Shown in pieces: positions 9,541 through 19,090 of a DNA stretch of 64,000 bases; within the stretch, counting starts at the first letter, position 1, and each line of letters begins with the position of its first letter. The stretch is from assembly GCA_026388535.1 (NCBI GenBank), contig JAPLJP010000089.1:3865-67864 (forward strand), given 5' to 3'. Origin of the DNA: Deltaproteobacteria bacterium. Lineage in GTDB: Bacteria; Desulfobacterota; Syntrophia; Syntrophales; Smithellaceae. Both the position numbers and the translations under genes were made by a program. Under the pieces are notes generated by a model. The model was not told the origin of the DNA and ran no database searches. It saw only the letters and a list, made by a program, of their open reading frames with translations.

Positions 9541-10309
9541 ACAATTTCTTTGCCGCGTTTGCTACAGCCTCTTTCGATTTATTTTTGTTGCCGGATTTAA
9601 TTTTTGCGCGAATATCTTTCAGCGCTTTTTCATAGATATCCAGCATCTTAATCGTTTCCGTATTTTTCGTTATTATATCAATATAAAGTTCAGGGCTTTC
9701 GGTGAACACCTTTTTTATAATATCGAGCTTTGTCCGGAAAATCGGCGTGGAAAATTTATTTATTTCCGCAAGAGTAATATTCGTCCGGGCAAGCGCCATT
9801 CCCAGCGAAATTGTATTGAGATGATTGAGCGCCTGAACAATTGCCATCATTTTATCATGCTTCTCGGGAGTTGCTTCCAGGACAGTCAGTTTATTTTTTT
9901 TAAAAACATTTTTAAGCCAGGGAAGCCACTTTTTTCCGCGCGCCGGACACAAAACAACATTTTGTTTGGAGACATCTTTTAACGCGGGCCCGAAAAGAGG
10001 ATGACAGCCAATGACTTCCGCCTTCGAATTAGCCAACATCAGTTTCACCGGCTCATGTTTGAGCGATGTCAAATCCATTAAAAGCGCGTCTTTGGTTAAT
10101 AGAGGGCCGACTTGCTTGATTATATCGGTGGTAGCGGAAATGGGCACGGCAACAACGACGACATTACATAGTCTGGCTAGATCGTTTATCCCCAGCTCGG
10201 TTTTTCTGCCGCACACATAGACGGTACAGCCTTCATTCTTGAGCAAACCGGCAAACCATCGTCCCATGCCGTTGGTTCCGCCGATTATCCCCACTTTGAT
10301 ATTTTTCAT
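9521..10309 (-). CDS. tyrA: Prephenate dehydrogenase
   Basis: Start set at MKNIKVGIIGGTNGMGRWFA (Rossmann GxGxxG). This ATG overlaps the aroC stop as TGATG. The C-terminal PDH helical domain is present. Confidence 0.8.
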   Translation of the reverse strand: MKNIKVGIIGGTNGMGRWFAGLLKNEGCTVYVCGRKTELGINDLARLCNVVVVAVPISATTDIIKQVGPLLTKDALLMDLTSLKHEPVKLMLANSKAEVIGCHPLFGPALKDVSKQNVVLCPARGKKWLPWLKNVFKKNKLTVLEATPEKHDKMMAIVQALNHLNTISLGMALARTNITLAEINKFSTPIFRTKLDIIKKVFTESPELYIDIITKNTETIKMLDIYEKALKDIRAKIKSGNKNKSKEAVANAAKKLYGSKNK

Positions 10310-11382
10310 CAGCTTATTGCCTTTTGTCTTAGTAAGTGATCCGCCAGAACAATGCTCACCATCGCTTCGCAAACCGGCACTATCCGGGGCAGGACGCAAA
10401 TATCGTGTCTTCCCTGAATTTCAATTATACGTTCTTTGCCCTTGCAATCAATAGTGTGCTGAGGTTTTGCTATGGAAGGAATGGGTTTGCAATAAGCTCG
10501 CAGGATAATCTGCTCGCCGTTGGTTATACCGGCGATTATTCCCCCCGCATGATTGGTTTTAAATCCTTTCTTATTCATTTGATCATTGGTCTGAGAACCC
10601 TGTAGCCCGGCCAGAACGAACCCATCGCCTATTTCCACCGCCTTCACTGAACCGATGCTCATTAGCGCTTTGGCCAAATCCGCGTCCATTTTATCAAAAA
10701 CGGGTTCGCCAAGACCTGCGGGACAACCGCGGACGATAATTTCCACCACCCCGCCCAGCGAATCTCCTTTTTTGCGAACAGCCGCAATCTTTTTTTCCAT
10801 GGAAGCCACCGCTTGCTGATCGGGACAGAACAAAGAATTCTCACGCACCGATTTTCTTAAATTTTTATCCGAGGGCATTTTGCCGCGGTCAATCGAGATG
10901 GAGCCGATAGCCTGTGTGTAGGCGATGACATCAATGCCCGCCTGAGCGATTATCTTAGCGGCAATAGCTCCCGCGGCAACACGGGCGGCTGTTTCTCTGC
11001 CGGAGGCGCGTCCCCCGCCGCGCCAGTCGCGGATTCCGTATTTCTGCAGATAGGTGAAATCTCCCTGCCCCGGGCGGAAGACATCTTTTAATTCATCGTA
11101 GGAGGAAGGTTTCGCGTCAACATTTTTAATGATCAAGGAAACAGGAGTGCCTGTTGTTTTCCCTTCGAAAACACCGGAGAGAATTTCGACCTTGTCGCTC
11201 TCCTTCCTTGTGGTTGAGGAAACCGAGGTTGACGGTCTTCTCCTGTCCAAAGCCTGCTGAATGTCGGCTTCGTTCAAGTCAAGCCCCGGAGGACAACCAT
11301 CTACAACTGCTCCCAAGGCCGTCCCGTGCGACTCTCCCCAAGTGGTTACGCGAAAAACACTGCCTATGGTATTTCCGGACAT
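10309..11382 (-). CDS. aroC: Chorismate synthase
   Basis: Contains FRVTTWGESHG, GRSSARETA-like (GRASGRETAARV) and RHDxC motifs. Confidence 0.95.
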   Translation of the reverse strand: MSGNTIGSVFRVTTWGESHGTALGAVVDGCPPGLDLNEADIQQALDRRRPSTSVSSTTRKESDKVEILSGVFEGKTTGTPVSLIIKNVDAKPSSYDELKDVFRPGQGDFTYLQKYGIRDWRGGGRASGRETAARVAAGAIAAKIIAQAGIDVIAYTQAIGSISIDRGKMPSDKNLRKSVRENSLFCPDQQAVASMEKKIAAVRKKGDSLGGVVEIIVRGCPAGLGEPVFDKMDADLAKALMSIGSVKAVEIGDGFVLAGLQGSQTNDQMNKKGFKTNHAGGIIAGITNGEQIILRAYCKPIPSIAKPQHTIDCKGKERIIEIQGRHDICVLPRIVPVCEAMVSIVLADHLLRQKAIS

Positions 11383-11394
11383 AGATACTCCCTT

Positions 11395-11946
11395 TTAAGT
11401 TTCGCTTTTTACAATCTTAGCCAAATTTCCCATTTTACGCAAATACTGATAAATATCTTCCGCGACCTGCGCGGCGCTCTTACCCGCTGTATCCACAGTA
11501 TAATCCGCGGCATTTTCATATAAAGGAAGCCGTTGTTTCAGCGTATTCGCCGTTTCCTGATCAATATTACCGGATGTAAACTGCGGCCGTACAGCCTCCT
11601 TCCGGGCGTCTCTCTTTAGCCGTTCAATAATATCATGCCCAGGAGCATTGAGCCATATTATCACGCCTGCCTGTTTTAACAAATCCACGTTTTCTCTTTC
11701 CAGAACAACTCCGCCGCCTGTGGCGATAACACAAGCACCTTTTTGCATCAGAAATTTAACTGTATCTTTTTCCTTCTCGCGGAAAAAATCCCAGCCGTGG
11801 AGCGCCACAATTTCCTTGATCGGCATCGCCATGCTTTTTTCCACCATTAAATCGGTATCCCAAAAAGCAATTTTCAGTTTAGCGGCAATAATCCTGCCCA
11901 CAGTGGATTTCCCTGTTGCGCGATAACCGATCAGTACGACCTTCAT
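11395..11946 (-). CDS. aroK: Shikimate kinase
   Basis: Walker A motif GYRATGKST. The ATG forms an ATGA overlap with the aroA stop. Confidence 0.9.
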   Translation of the reverse strand: MKVVLIGYRATGKSTVGRIIAAKLKIAFWDTDLMVEKSMAMPIKEIVALHGWDFFREKEKDTVKFLMQKGACVIATGGGVVLERENVDLLKQAGVIIWLNAPGHDIIERLKRDARKEAVRPQFTSGNIDQETANTLKQRLPLYENAADYTVDTAGKSAAQVAEDIYQYLRKMGNLAKIVKSET

Positions 11947-13199
11947 ATCTTTTTTAATTCCTCCCAAAACCCAGGAAATGATTTATCAACACATTTTTTA
12001 TCACTGATTTCTATGCCGCGGACAACCAGTCCGGCAATGGCAAAGCTCATGGCCATGCGGTGGTCGTTATAAGTCTCAATTTTTGCCGGCTGCATTTTAC
12101 CGCCTTGAATTACAATGCCTTCCGACATTTCCCGGGCTTCAATGCCTGCATGGTTCAGTTCCGCAACCAAAGCCTCCAGCCTGTTGCTTTCCTTTATTCT
12201 TAAATGAGACACGTTTTCGATAATCGTTTGTCCTTTGCGGAACGCCGCCAAAATCGCCAATGTAGGCACCATATCCGGCATATCGTTCAAATCGAAAATA
12301 AAATCACCTTTCGCCAAATTATCCCCCGTTACCTCCACCCAATTTTCTTCCGATCTTACTTTGCAGCCCAGCCCCTCCAAAACATCCAGCAGGCGGATAT
12401 CTCCCTGACTGCTTTGCCGGCTAATTCCGGTAACTCTGATTGTTCTTCTCAAAATCGCCGCGGCCAGAAAAAAATAGGACGCGCTGGAAGCGTCTCCTTC
12501 CACGTGATATTCACATCCTCTGTAAGTTTCCCCGGCGTTAACATGATATTCATATTTCTTGGTTTGGGTAATCTTCGCGCCGAAATCTTTCATCACGGCA
12601 ATCGTCAAGTTAATATAAGGGGTGGAAACCACGCCGCCCTGTAAACTTAAATCCATGCCTTCGGGAGTGTAAGGAGCGCAAAGAAGCAATGCTGATACAT
12701 ACTGCGAACTTTCAATATCCCGCAGGATTATTTTTCCTCCGGTCAGGCCGTTGGCGTTTATCTCCATCGGTGGACAATTGTTATGGGTAAGAATATCAGC
12801 GCCCATTTCTTTCAGCGCTTCGACCAAAGCTCCGACCGGCCTTTCACAAAGACGCTTTTCACCGGTTAAAGTATATTTGCCCCTGCCCAGACAGACCAGT
12901 GCCGTGAGAAATCTCAGCGCCGTACCGTTATTTCCCAGAAACAATTCTTCGCCGCTGTTTATTATTTTTCCCGCAGTGCCGGAGACAAAAAAACCGTCTT
13001 GAGTTGAAACAATTTTCGCACCTAACGCCCGCAAACCTCCAATCAAATACATTGTGTCCTGAGAAACAAGCACATTGCTGATTATAGAATCATTTTGCGC
13101 CAGAGCCGCAGCCACCAGCGCCCGCTGACTCAGGCTTTTAGATCCGGGAACACAAACAACAGAGTGAATTCCCTTAAAATTAGCGTCGTCTTTATTCAA
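11943..13199 (-). CDS. aroA: 3-phosphoshikimate 1-carboxyvinyltransferase (EPSP synthase)
   Basis: Contains PGSKSLSQRAL, LGNNGTALRFL and NDHRMAMSFA motifs. Confidence 0.95.
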   Translation of the reverse strand: MNKDDANFKGIHSVVCVPGSKSLSQRALVAAALAQNDSIISNVLVSQDTMYLIGGLRALGAKIVSTQDGFFVSGTAGKIINSGEELFLGNNGTALRFLTALVCLGRGKYTLTGEKRLCERPVGALVEALKEMGADILTHNNCPPMEINANGLTGGKIILRDIESSQYVSALLLCAPYTPEGMDLSLQGGVVSTPYINLTIAVMKDFGAKITQTKKYEYHVNAGETYRGCEYHVEGDASSASYFFLAAAILRRTIRVTGISRQSSQGDIRLLDVLEGLGCKVRSEENWVEVTGDNLAKGDFIFDLNDMPDMVPTLAILAAFRKGQTIIENVSHLRIKESNRLEALVAELNHAGIEAREMSEGIVIQGGKMQPAKIETYNDHRMAMSFAIAGLVVRGIEISDKKCVDKSFPGFWEELKKI

Positions 13200-14763
13200 T
13201 TTGAGTTAATCTCTCCAATATTACTTTTTTCATGAGCGCGCGGGGCGGTTCCTTGCCCGTCCACAGTCGAATTTGCTCTGCTCCCTGATTAACAAACATA
13301 TCCGCACCTGAAATAATATGACAGCCCTGTTTTTCGGCATCATTGAGTAATTTTGTCTTCAGCGGATTGTAGATAACATCCATAACATATTCATATCCGG
13401 CAAGCGCTTCCGCCTTCACCGGCGATTTATCCTTATGGGGATACATGCCCAAAGACGTCGTGTTGATCAGGCAGTCAGCTTTGATTCGGCCGATTTCGGA
13501 AAGCGAATAAAAGGGGCAATCAAATTTGCTCGAAAGAATTTTTCCCTTCTCCGGAGCGCGATTGGCAATAACCGTAAATCCGCCCTCTTTGATTATTCCG
13601 TAAGCTGCCGCCCGTGCTGTTCCGCCCGCGCCAATGATTACAAAAGTTTTATTTTTAATAGTCAGCGCTTCTTTGAGTGTAAGAATTAGTCCCAGCCAGT
13701 CCGTATTGCAGCCGGTCATACGGCCGTTATTGTTGATTATCGTGTTTACCGCTCCGATTTCCAGCGCATCGTCGTCAATATCATCGAGATATTCCATAAC
13801 CGCTACTTTCAAGGGAATAGTGACACTGGCACCACGGATATTCATACCCCTTATACCCTGTATCGCGCCGCCAATATCCTGAACGCAAAAAGCGCTGTAG
13901 CTCTCTGCAATGCCCATTTTTCTTAAGGCCGCGTTGTGCATCAAAGGAGACAGACTTTGCCCTACCGGATTACCCAGCAAAATGTAATTTTGCGGCAAAG
14001 ACTTACGCAAAGACAAAGCCGGCGCCGAAGTCGCAGTACGCCGGACAGTGAACCACTCTTGAAATTGTTTCATCTCGTGAACTGTAAACTGTCCCGGCGC
14101 TGATTGTCCCTCACGCCCCAGCGTGGCAAAGCTCAAATAATTACCCATGAAGGGAGCTATAGCGCGGCTAATGCCGCCTTTATCTCCCATGCACAGCGAA
14201 ATTATTTTTTGAGAATGCTTTTGCGCACAGGAAATAAGGTTTAGCGTTATTAGATTATCTTCGACTCTTCTGGCCGTGGTAACTATTTTAACAATGGCCG
14301 GTTTATACCGCGCGCATTGATGAAATATCTCTTTTAATTTTGCCAGCGGCGGAGTTTCTTTAAGATTATGGCAGGAAATGATAATCTTGGTTTTACCGCC
14401 ATTTTTCGCGCATAAAGATTTAAGGTTCCTGATCGTCTCGCTTCCTTCCGCGAGTTCGATATCAACAAAATCGGCGCCCAATTCGATTGCCTCTCTGAGC
14501 ACTGCTATTTTCTTTTTTGTATTTTCCAAAGCGCTTTTGATACACGCCGCCGCTCCAGCATAAGCAGCTTCCTCTTTTTTTCTGCAAGTGACAATTATTT
14601 TAATCAAACCGGAATTAACACGGACGGCGGAAATCAATTTCGCAAGATTTCCCCTCCCGATTAAATCCATTCTCAATTCGATAAAATCGGCGAACTGGCA
14701 GCTTCTTTCTATGGCATGCAAAGCTTCTTTATTCGTGCGGGACGTTATGGGAATACAAATCAT
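13192..14763 (-). CDS. Bifunctional type I 3-dehydroquinate dehydratase / shikimate dehydrogenase
   Basis: The N-terminal half is AroD-like (ICIPI..., IELRMDL). The C-terminal half is AroE-like (LLGNPVGQSLSPLMHNAAL, a GAGGTARA Rossmann motif, NTTSLGM). Confidence 0.9.
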   Translation of the reverse strand: MICIPITSRTNKEALHAIERSCQFADFIELRMDLIGRGNLAKLISAVRVNSGLIKIIVTCRKKEEAAYAGAAACIKSALENTKKKIAVLREAIELGADFVDIELAEGSETIRNLKSLCAKNGGKTKIIISCHNLKETPPLAKLKEIFHQCARYKPAIVKIVTTARRVEDNLITLNLISCAQKHSQKIISLCMGDKGGISRAIAPFMGNYLSFATLGREGQSAPGQFTVHEMKQFQEWFTVRRTATSAPALSLRKSLPQNYILLGNPVGQSLSPLMHNAALRKMGIAESYSAFCVQDIGGAIQGIRGMNIRGASVTIPLKVAVMEYLDDIDDDALEIGAVNTIINNNGRMTGCNTDWLGLILTLKEALTIKNKTFVIIGAGGTARAAAYGIIKEGGFTVIANRAPEKGKILSSKFDCPFYSLSEIGRIKADCLINTTSLGMYPHKDKSPVKAEALAGYEYVMDVIYNPLKTKLLNDAEKQGCHIISGADMFVNQGAEQIRLWTGKEPPRALMKKVILERLTQIE

Positions 14764-15842
14764 ATAGCGCCTTCACTTTTCGGGTACGAACCCAATATTT
14801 TCAGTAAAGTTGTTTTCTTCTTCAGCTCCTGCAGACAGCTCTTTACATGTTTATCATTTACATGGCCTATCATATCCACGAAAAAGCTGTATTCCCATAA
14901 TTTATTCTTTACGGGATGCGATTCTATCTTCGCCAGATTAATTTTTCGCCTGGCGAATGATGCCAGAGCGCTGTGAAGGGAACCGGGAGAATGAGGCGTG
15001 GCGAAAATCAGCGAAGTTTTATCATTGCCCGTAACTCTGCTTTCTCCCCTGCCGATAACCAGAAAACGCGTCATATTGGAAGAATTATCTTCGATGCCTT
15101 CCGCCAGCAGATTCAGGCCGTACATCTGTCCGGCGAGAGAACTGCCTATGGCCGCTTCATTCTTCTTTCCCCTGACCATTTGAACCGCCGCGGCGGTGCT
15201 TTCTGTTTCGCCCAGTATGCAATTGGGCAAATTGGTTTTGAGCCAGACCTGACACTGCGCCAAAGCGTGCGGGATAGAATAAATTTTCTTGATATCCTTC
15301 ATGTTTTTAGTCGAAGAAATAAGACACTGGCTTATCCTTAGAAAAATCTCCGCCCTGATTTTCAGCGGTGTTGTAATCAGCCGGTCGAGCGTAGTATTTA
15401 TGGAACCTTCCAGCGAATTTTCCACGGGAACGACACCCCAATCTATCGAGTCCTTTTCCACTTCGTCAAAAACGCGGGCAATTCCCGTCTGGGGGAAAAA
15501 GCGGCTGGAATCACCAAAATGAAGACGCGCCGCCAAATGGGAAAATGTGGCTTCCGGCCCTAAAAAGGCTACCGTCGTCGGTTTCTGCAAGTCGCGCGAA
15601 GCGGAAATAACTTCCCGGAAAATAGCCGTGAGCGCTTTGGGTGGCAATGATCCGGAATTAAGCTCCCGCAAATATCCGTGAACCTTCGCTTCCTGAGAGG
15701 GATCGTAAACCTGAATTCCGTCCTCTCCCTTGACCTTGCCTATCTGGACGGATATCTGCGCCCGTTCATTTAAAAGCCGGACAATTTCTTTGTCTTTTTC
15801 TTTCAATTTTTCCCTTAAGATTTCCAACTTTCGCGGCTTCAT
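14760..15842 (-). CDS. pheA: Bifunctional chorismate mutase / prephenate dehydratase
   Basis: An N-terminal CM_2 helix (LREKLKEKDKEIVRLLNERAQ) is followed by a PDT domain (VAFLGPEATFSH) and a C-terminal ACT domain (ESRP-like SHPVKNKLWEY). Confidence 0.9.
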   Translation of the reverse strand: MKPRKLEILREKLKEKDKEIVRLLNERAQISVQIGKVKGEDGIQVYDPSQEAKVHGYLRELNSGSLPPKALTAIFREVISASRDLQKPTTVAFLGPEATFSHLAARLHFGDSSRFFPQTGIARVFDEVEKDSIDWGVVPVENSLEGSINTTLDRLITTPLKIRAEIFLRISQCLISSTKNMKDIKKIYSIPHALAQCQVWLKTNLPNCILGETESTAAAVQMVRGKKNEAAIGSSLAGQMYGLNLLAEGIEDNSSNMTRFLVIGRGESRVTGNDKTSLIFATPHSPGSLHSALASFARRKINLAKIESHPVKNKLWEYSFFVDMIGHVNDKHVKSCLQELKKKTTLLKILGSYPKSEGAI

Positions 15843-16933
15843 TTTTTCATCTCCTCAATTATTGCGGAAATCAATTTCGGTTCAATGCTTCCATTTATAA
15901 AAGGCATTCCTATTTTTTTCAACAAAACAAAATGTACGATATCGCCTTTTTTATTTTTATCCATCCGCAACTGAGTAATAATATTATCGCGGTCAAAAGA
16001 TTTCGGTATTTTTACGGGAAGTCCCGCGCCGCGGATAAGAGCTTCGATACGTTCGGTTTCATCGTCTCCCAGATAACCCATTTTTTCGGAAATACGCGCC
16101 GCCGCGATCATCCCCAGTGCCACGCCTTCGCCATGCGTCATAGTATATTTGGAAATTGTTTCCAGCGAGTGCCCCAGCGTGTGGCCGAAATTAAGAATAC
16201 GGCGCAGGCCCTGCTCTTTTTCATCAATTTCGACAATTGATTTCTTTATCTGGCAGCAGTTCTCTATAAGACTAAGCATTAGTTTCTGGTCTTTCGATTT
16301 TACCGCGTCCATGTTGCTCTCCAGAGTGCGAAACATTTTTTCATCATCAATAGCGCCGTATTTAATAATTTCAGCCAGTCCATTGTTAAATTCCTTTTCC
16401 GGCAATGTCTCTAAATAATTCAGATTCACAAACACAGCGCGCGGCTGGTAAAATGCCCCCAGCAGATTTTTCCCGAAAGGAAGATCAATTCCCGTTTTTC
16501 CGCCGATACTGCTGTCCACCTGCGCGACCAATGTAGTTGGAATCTGGATATAAGGAACGCCACGCATAAATATGGAAGCGATAAAACCGACGATATCGCC
16601 GACAACACCGCCGCCTAAAGCAATCAGACAGGTCTCGCGGTCGGCTCCCGATTCCATTAATTTCCCCGCAATATCCAGGACGGTATTAATATTTTTGGAA
16701 GCTTCGCCGGCAGGAAATTCAATCAAAGACGCTTTCAACCCGATATCCTTCAGACCGGCGAGAAGCTTCAGTCCGTAAAGACCGCCGACACAATCGTCAG
16801 TAATCACCACGTACCGCCCCGCCTTATGGTTTTTGGCGATAAGCAGCGTCATCCGGTCTAATATATCTTTGCCGATTCGGATTTCATAAGATGACATGCA
16901 TTTCTTATCGAGATTAACTTTTATCGATCGCAT
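15839..16933 (-). CDS. aroB: 3-dehydroquinate synthase
   Basis: Contains GGGVVGDIVGF, the KxxVVxxDEKE-like IVEIDEKEQGLRRILNFGHTLGH segment, and metal-binding His residues. Confidence 0.92.
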   Translation of the reverse strand: MRSIKVNLDKKCMSSYEIRIGKDILDRMTLLIAKNHKAGRYVVITDDCVGGLYGLKLLAGLKDIGLKASLIEFPAGEASKNINTVLDIAGKLMESGADRETCLIALGGGVVGDIVGFIASIFMRGVPYIQIPTTLVAQVDSSIGGKTGIDLPFGKNLLGAFYQPRAVFVNLNYLETLPEKEFNNGLAEIIKYGAIDDEKMFRTLESNMDAVKSKDQKLMLSLIENCCQIKKSIVEIDEKEQGLRRILNFGHTLGHSLETISKYTMTHGEGVALGMIAAARISEKMGYLGDDETERIEALIRGAGLPVKIPKSFDRDNIITQLRMDKNKKGDIVHFVLLKKIGMPFINGSIEPKLISAIIEEMKK

Positions 16934-16965
16934 ATGTTTACTTCCTTTCAGCTTTTGTAATACTT

Positions 16966-17976
16966 TTAATGTCTCATTGCCGTGTTAATTGCTCTTAATT
17001 CGTCCATCAATTGATAGAACTTTTCCGGTTTCAAGGATTGCATTCCGTCGGAAACCGCTTTTTCCGGCTCCGGATGAACTTCCACGATAAGGCCGTCAGC
17101 TCCAACGGCGACCGCCGCGCGGGACAACGGGATGACATATCTCCAATGACCGGCGGCATGGCTCGGATCAACAATAACCGGCAGATGCGTCAAACTTTTC
17201 AAGACCGGAACAGCACTTAAGTCCAGAGTGTTTCTCGTGGCCGTTTCAAACGTTCTGATGCCGCGTTCGCAAAGAATAACCTGAGAGTTGCCCGCCGAAA
17301 GAATATATTCCGCGGACATCAGCAATTCTTCTATGGTGGTCATCATGCCTCTTTTCAAGAGCACCGGTTTTTGTGAACGTCCTACTTCTTTGAGCAAGGC
17401 AAAGTTCTGGACATTGCGCGCGCCGATTTGCAGCATATCGGCGTAAGATTCCACAATATTAACATCAGCCGGATTGACCACCTCGGTAACCGTCGGCAGA
17501 CTAGTTCGCGCGCTGACCTGATTTAATATTTTCAAGCCTTCCTCTTCCATCCCCTGGAAGCTGTATGGTGATGTGCGCGGCTTATAGGCACCGCCTCTGA
17601 GAACCTGTGCTCCTCCTTTTTTGGCGACATAGGCGCTCTCCAGTAACTGTTCCTCGCTTTCAATCGCGCAGGGACCGGCTATTACCACGAATTCCGGTCC
17701 GCCGATTTTAATTGAACCCACGGAAACCACTGTATTGCCTTCGTGCGACTCACGGCTGGCCAGTTTGTAAGGCTTTAAAATAGGCATTGTTTTTTCCACT
17801 CCCGGCAGGGATTCCGCGTATTTAAGAATTTCCTTGTCGCGATTGTCGCCTACCGCTCCGATAACCGTCCGTTCAACGCCGATTGAAGGATGCGCTTTAT
17901 ATCCGACAGATTCAATCCAGTGAATCACATCTTCAATTTGCTTTTCGGTAGCTTGATTTTTCATTACAATAATCAT
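16966..17976 (-). CDS. aroF: 3-deoxy-7-phosphoheptulonate (DAHP) synthase, type I-beta with N-terminal ferredoxin-like regulatory domain
   Basis: Start set at ATG 17976 ([17 protein letters not shown]...), preceded by GAAGGGGGA. The KDO8P/DAHPS TIM-barrel core is present ([25 protein letters not shown]). The ORF-track N-extension lies inside the leader hairpins. Confidence 0.88.
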   Translation of the reverse strand: MIIVMKNQATEKQIEDVIHWIESVGYKAHPSIGVERTVIGAVGDNRDKEILKYAESLPGVEKTMPILKPYKLASRESHEGNTVVSVGSIKIGGPEFVVIAGPCAIESEEQLLESAYVAKKGGAQVLRGGAYKPRTSPYSFQGMEEEGLKILNQVSARTSLPTVTEVVNPADVNIVESYADMLQIGARNVQNFALLKEVGRSQKPVLLKRGMMTTIEELLMSAEYILSAGNSQVILCERGIRTFETATRNTLDLSAVPVLKSLTHLPVIVDPSHAAGHWRYVIPLSRAAVAVGADGLIVEVHPEPEKAVSDGMQSLKPEKFYQLMDELRAINTAMRH

Positions 17977-17997
17977 TATTTTCCCCCTTCTTAAATT

Positions 17998-18028
17998 AAA
18001 AAAGCCAGAGCGCTTTTGCCGCCCCGGC
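17998..18028 (-). terminator. Terminator-like hairpin 2 in the aro operon leader
   Basis: The minus strand reads GCCGGGGCGGC-AAAA-GCGCTCTGGC followed by TTTTTT. It ends about 20 nt upstream of the DAHP synthase ATG. Confidence 0.45.
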
Positions 18029-18031
18029 CTT

Positions 18032-18075
18032 AAAATAAAGAAAAGCCATGGGCGTCTTTTTGATCTACCCATGGC
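18032..18075 (-). terminator. Terminator-like hairpin 1 (downstream of the patatin gene, upstream of the aro operon)
   Basis: The minus strand reads GCCATGGG, a 15-nt loop, then CCCATGGC, followed by TTTTCTTTATTTT. Confidence 0.5.
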
Positions 18076-18174
18076 CGTTTTGGTTTAATTTACCTTAACG
18101 AGTCCTCCTCAGCGACGGGCAGACCGATGTAAAATAGGTATAAAACCAGTAACCATAAAAATTAATATTTACAT

Positions 18175-19011
18175 TTAGTTTTCTGTCATCGCTTCATTAA
18201 ATTTCTCCATATCGGTGGAACCTATATTTTTCATATTCGGGCGGATCACGACATCGGCGTTTTTGATCTGATATTCAGCGATCCTGGCATACATTATACT
18301 TATTGACTTCTTTAGACTGTCCATTATTCCTTCGGGCACATCGGTATTGATGCCGCCGGAGATATCCACCGCAATCACAACATCCGCTCCATTGCGGCGC
18401 GCCACATCAACAGCCACGGGACTGACCACGCCGCCGTCCACATAAGTGCTGTTCCCGACCTTCATGGGCTGAAACACGCCCGGTACGGCGCAACTGGCAT
18501 GCACGGCCATGCCGGTATTGCCGCGGGCGAAAACCACTTCTTCACCGGTAGCGGCATTGGCGGCTACCGCAAAATAACGTATTTTTAGTTTTTCTATGGG
18601 AGTATTCTGAACATTTGTGTTGATAAATTTTTCGATTTTCTCACCTTTAATGAGTCCGCCTTTCCAGACCTTCCAGTCATAGTCAATAACAGCATCCTTT
18701 TCCATCTTCATGGCAATTCCCTGCAGTTCGAAGGCGCTCTTGCCGGAAGCGTATAAACTACCCACCAGACTGCCGGCGCTAGTTCCCACCACCATGTGTA
18801 TGGGAATCTTCTGGGCTTCCAGAACCTTCAGCACACCGATATGAGCAAAGCCCTTGGACCCTCCGCCGCCCAGGACAACAGCAATCGTGGCTGGCTTGGG
18901 AGGAACAGGCGGCACAGTGGCGCAGGCAGAAAACATTAAAACAGAAAATATTATCAGCAGGAATATTTTAAATTTTTCACCGTTCCATGAATAATTTATT
19001 TTCCTACGCAT
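18175..19011 (-). CDS. Patatin-like phospholipase, probable lipoprotein
   Basis: Signal peptide with lipobox (VLMFSAC). Patatin motifs GGGGSKG and GTSAGS are present, with a later DGG. Confidence 0.85.
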   Translation of the reverse strand: MRRKINYSWNGEKFKIFLLIIFSVLMFSACATVPPVPPKPATIAVVLGGGGSKGFAHIGVLKVLEAQKIPIHMVVGTSAGSLVGSLYASGKSAFELQGIAMKMEKDAVIDYDWKVWKGGLIKGEKIEKFINTNVQNTPIEKLKIRYFAVAANAATGEEVVFARGNTGMAVHASCAVPGVFQPMKVGNSTYVDGGVVSPVAVDVARRNGADVVIAVDISGGINTDVPEGIMDSLKKSISIMYARIAEYQIKNADVVIRPNMKNIGSTDMEKFNEAMTEN

Positions 19012-19090
19012 ATCCTTTATCCTTTCAGCCGGAAGCGCATAATATTTTATAAGACATTGCTCATTTATTGGTTAACTGTACCGTGACCGG

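Noticed and set aside
9299-9982. 227-aa plus-strand ORF
   Set aside because: It lies antisense across the cobB/tyrA junction and has a low-complexity, Phe/Ile-rich translation. Both minus-strand genes have clear family motifs.
17977-18072. N-terminal 32-codon extension of the DAHP synthase ORF
   Set aside because: The extension coincides with the two terminator-like hairpins. The internal ATG at 17976 has a strong SD and aligns with the start of the regulatory domain in type I-beta enzymes.
18175-19011. Patatin-like phospholipase as a CBASS-type effector
   Set aside because: It carries a lipoprotein signal peptide and has no adjacent cyclase or nucleotidyltransferase gene. It resembles RssA-type envelope lipases.
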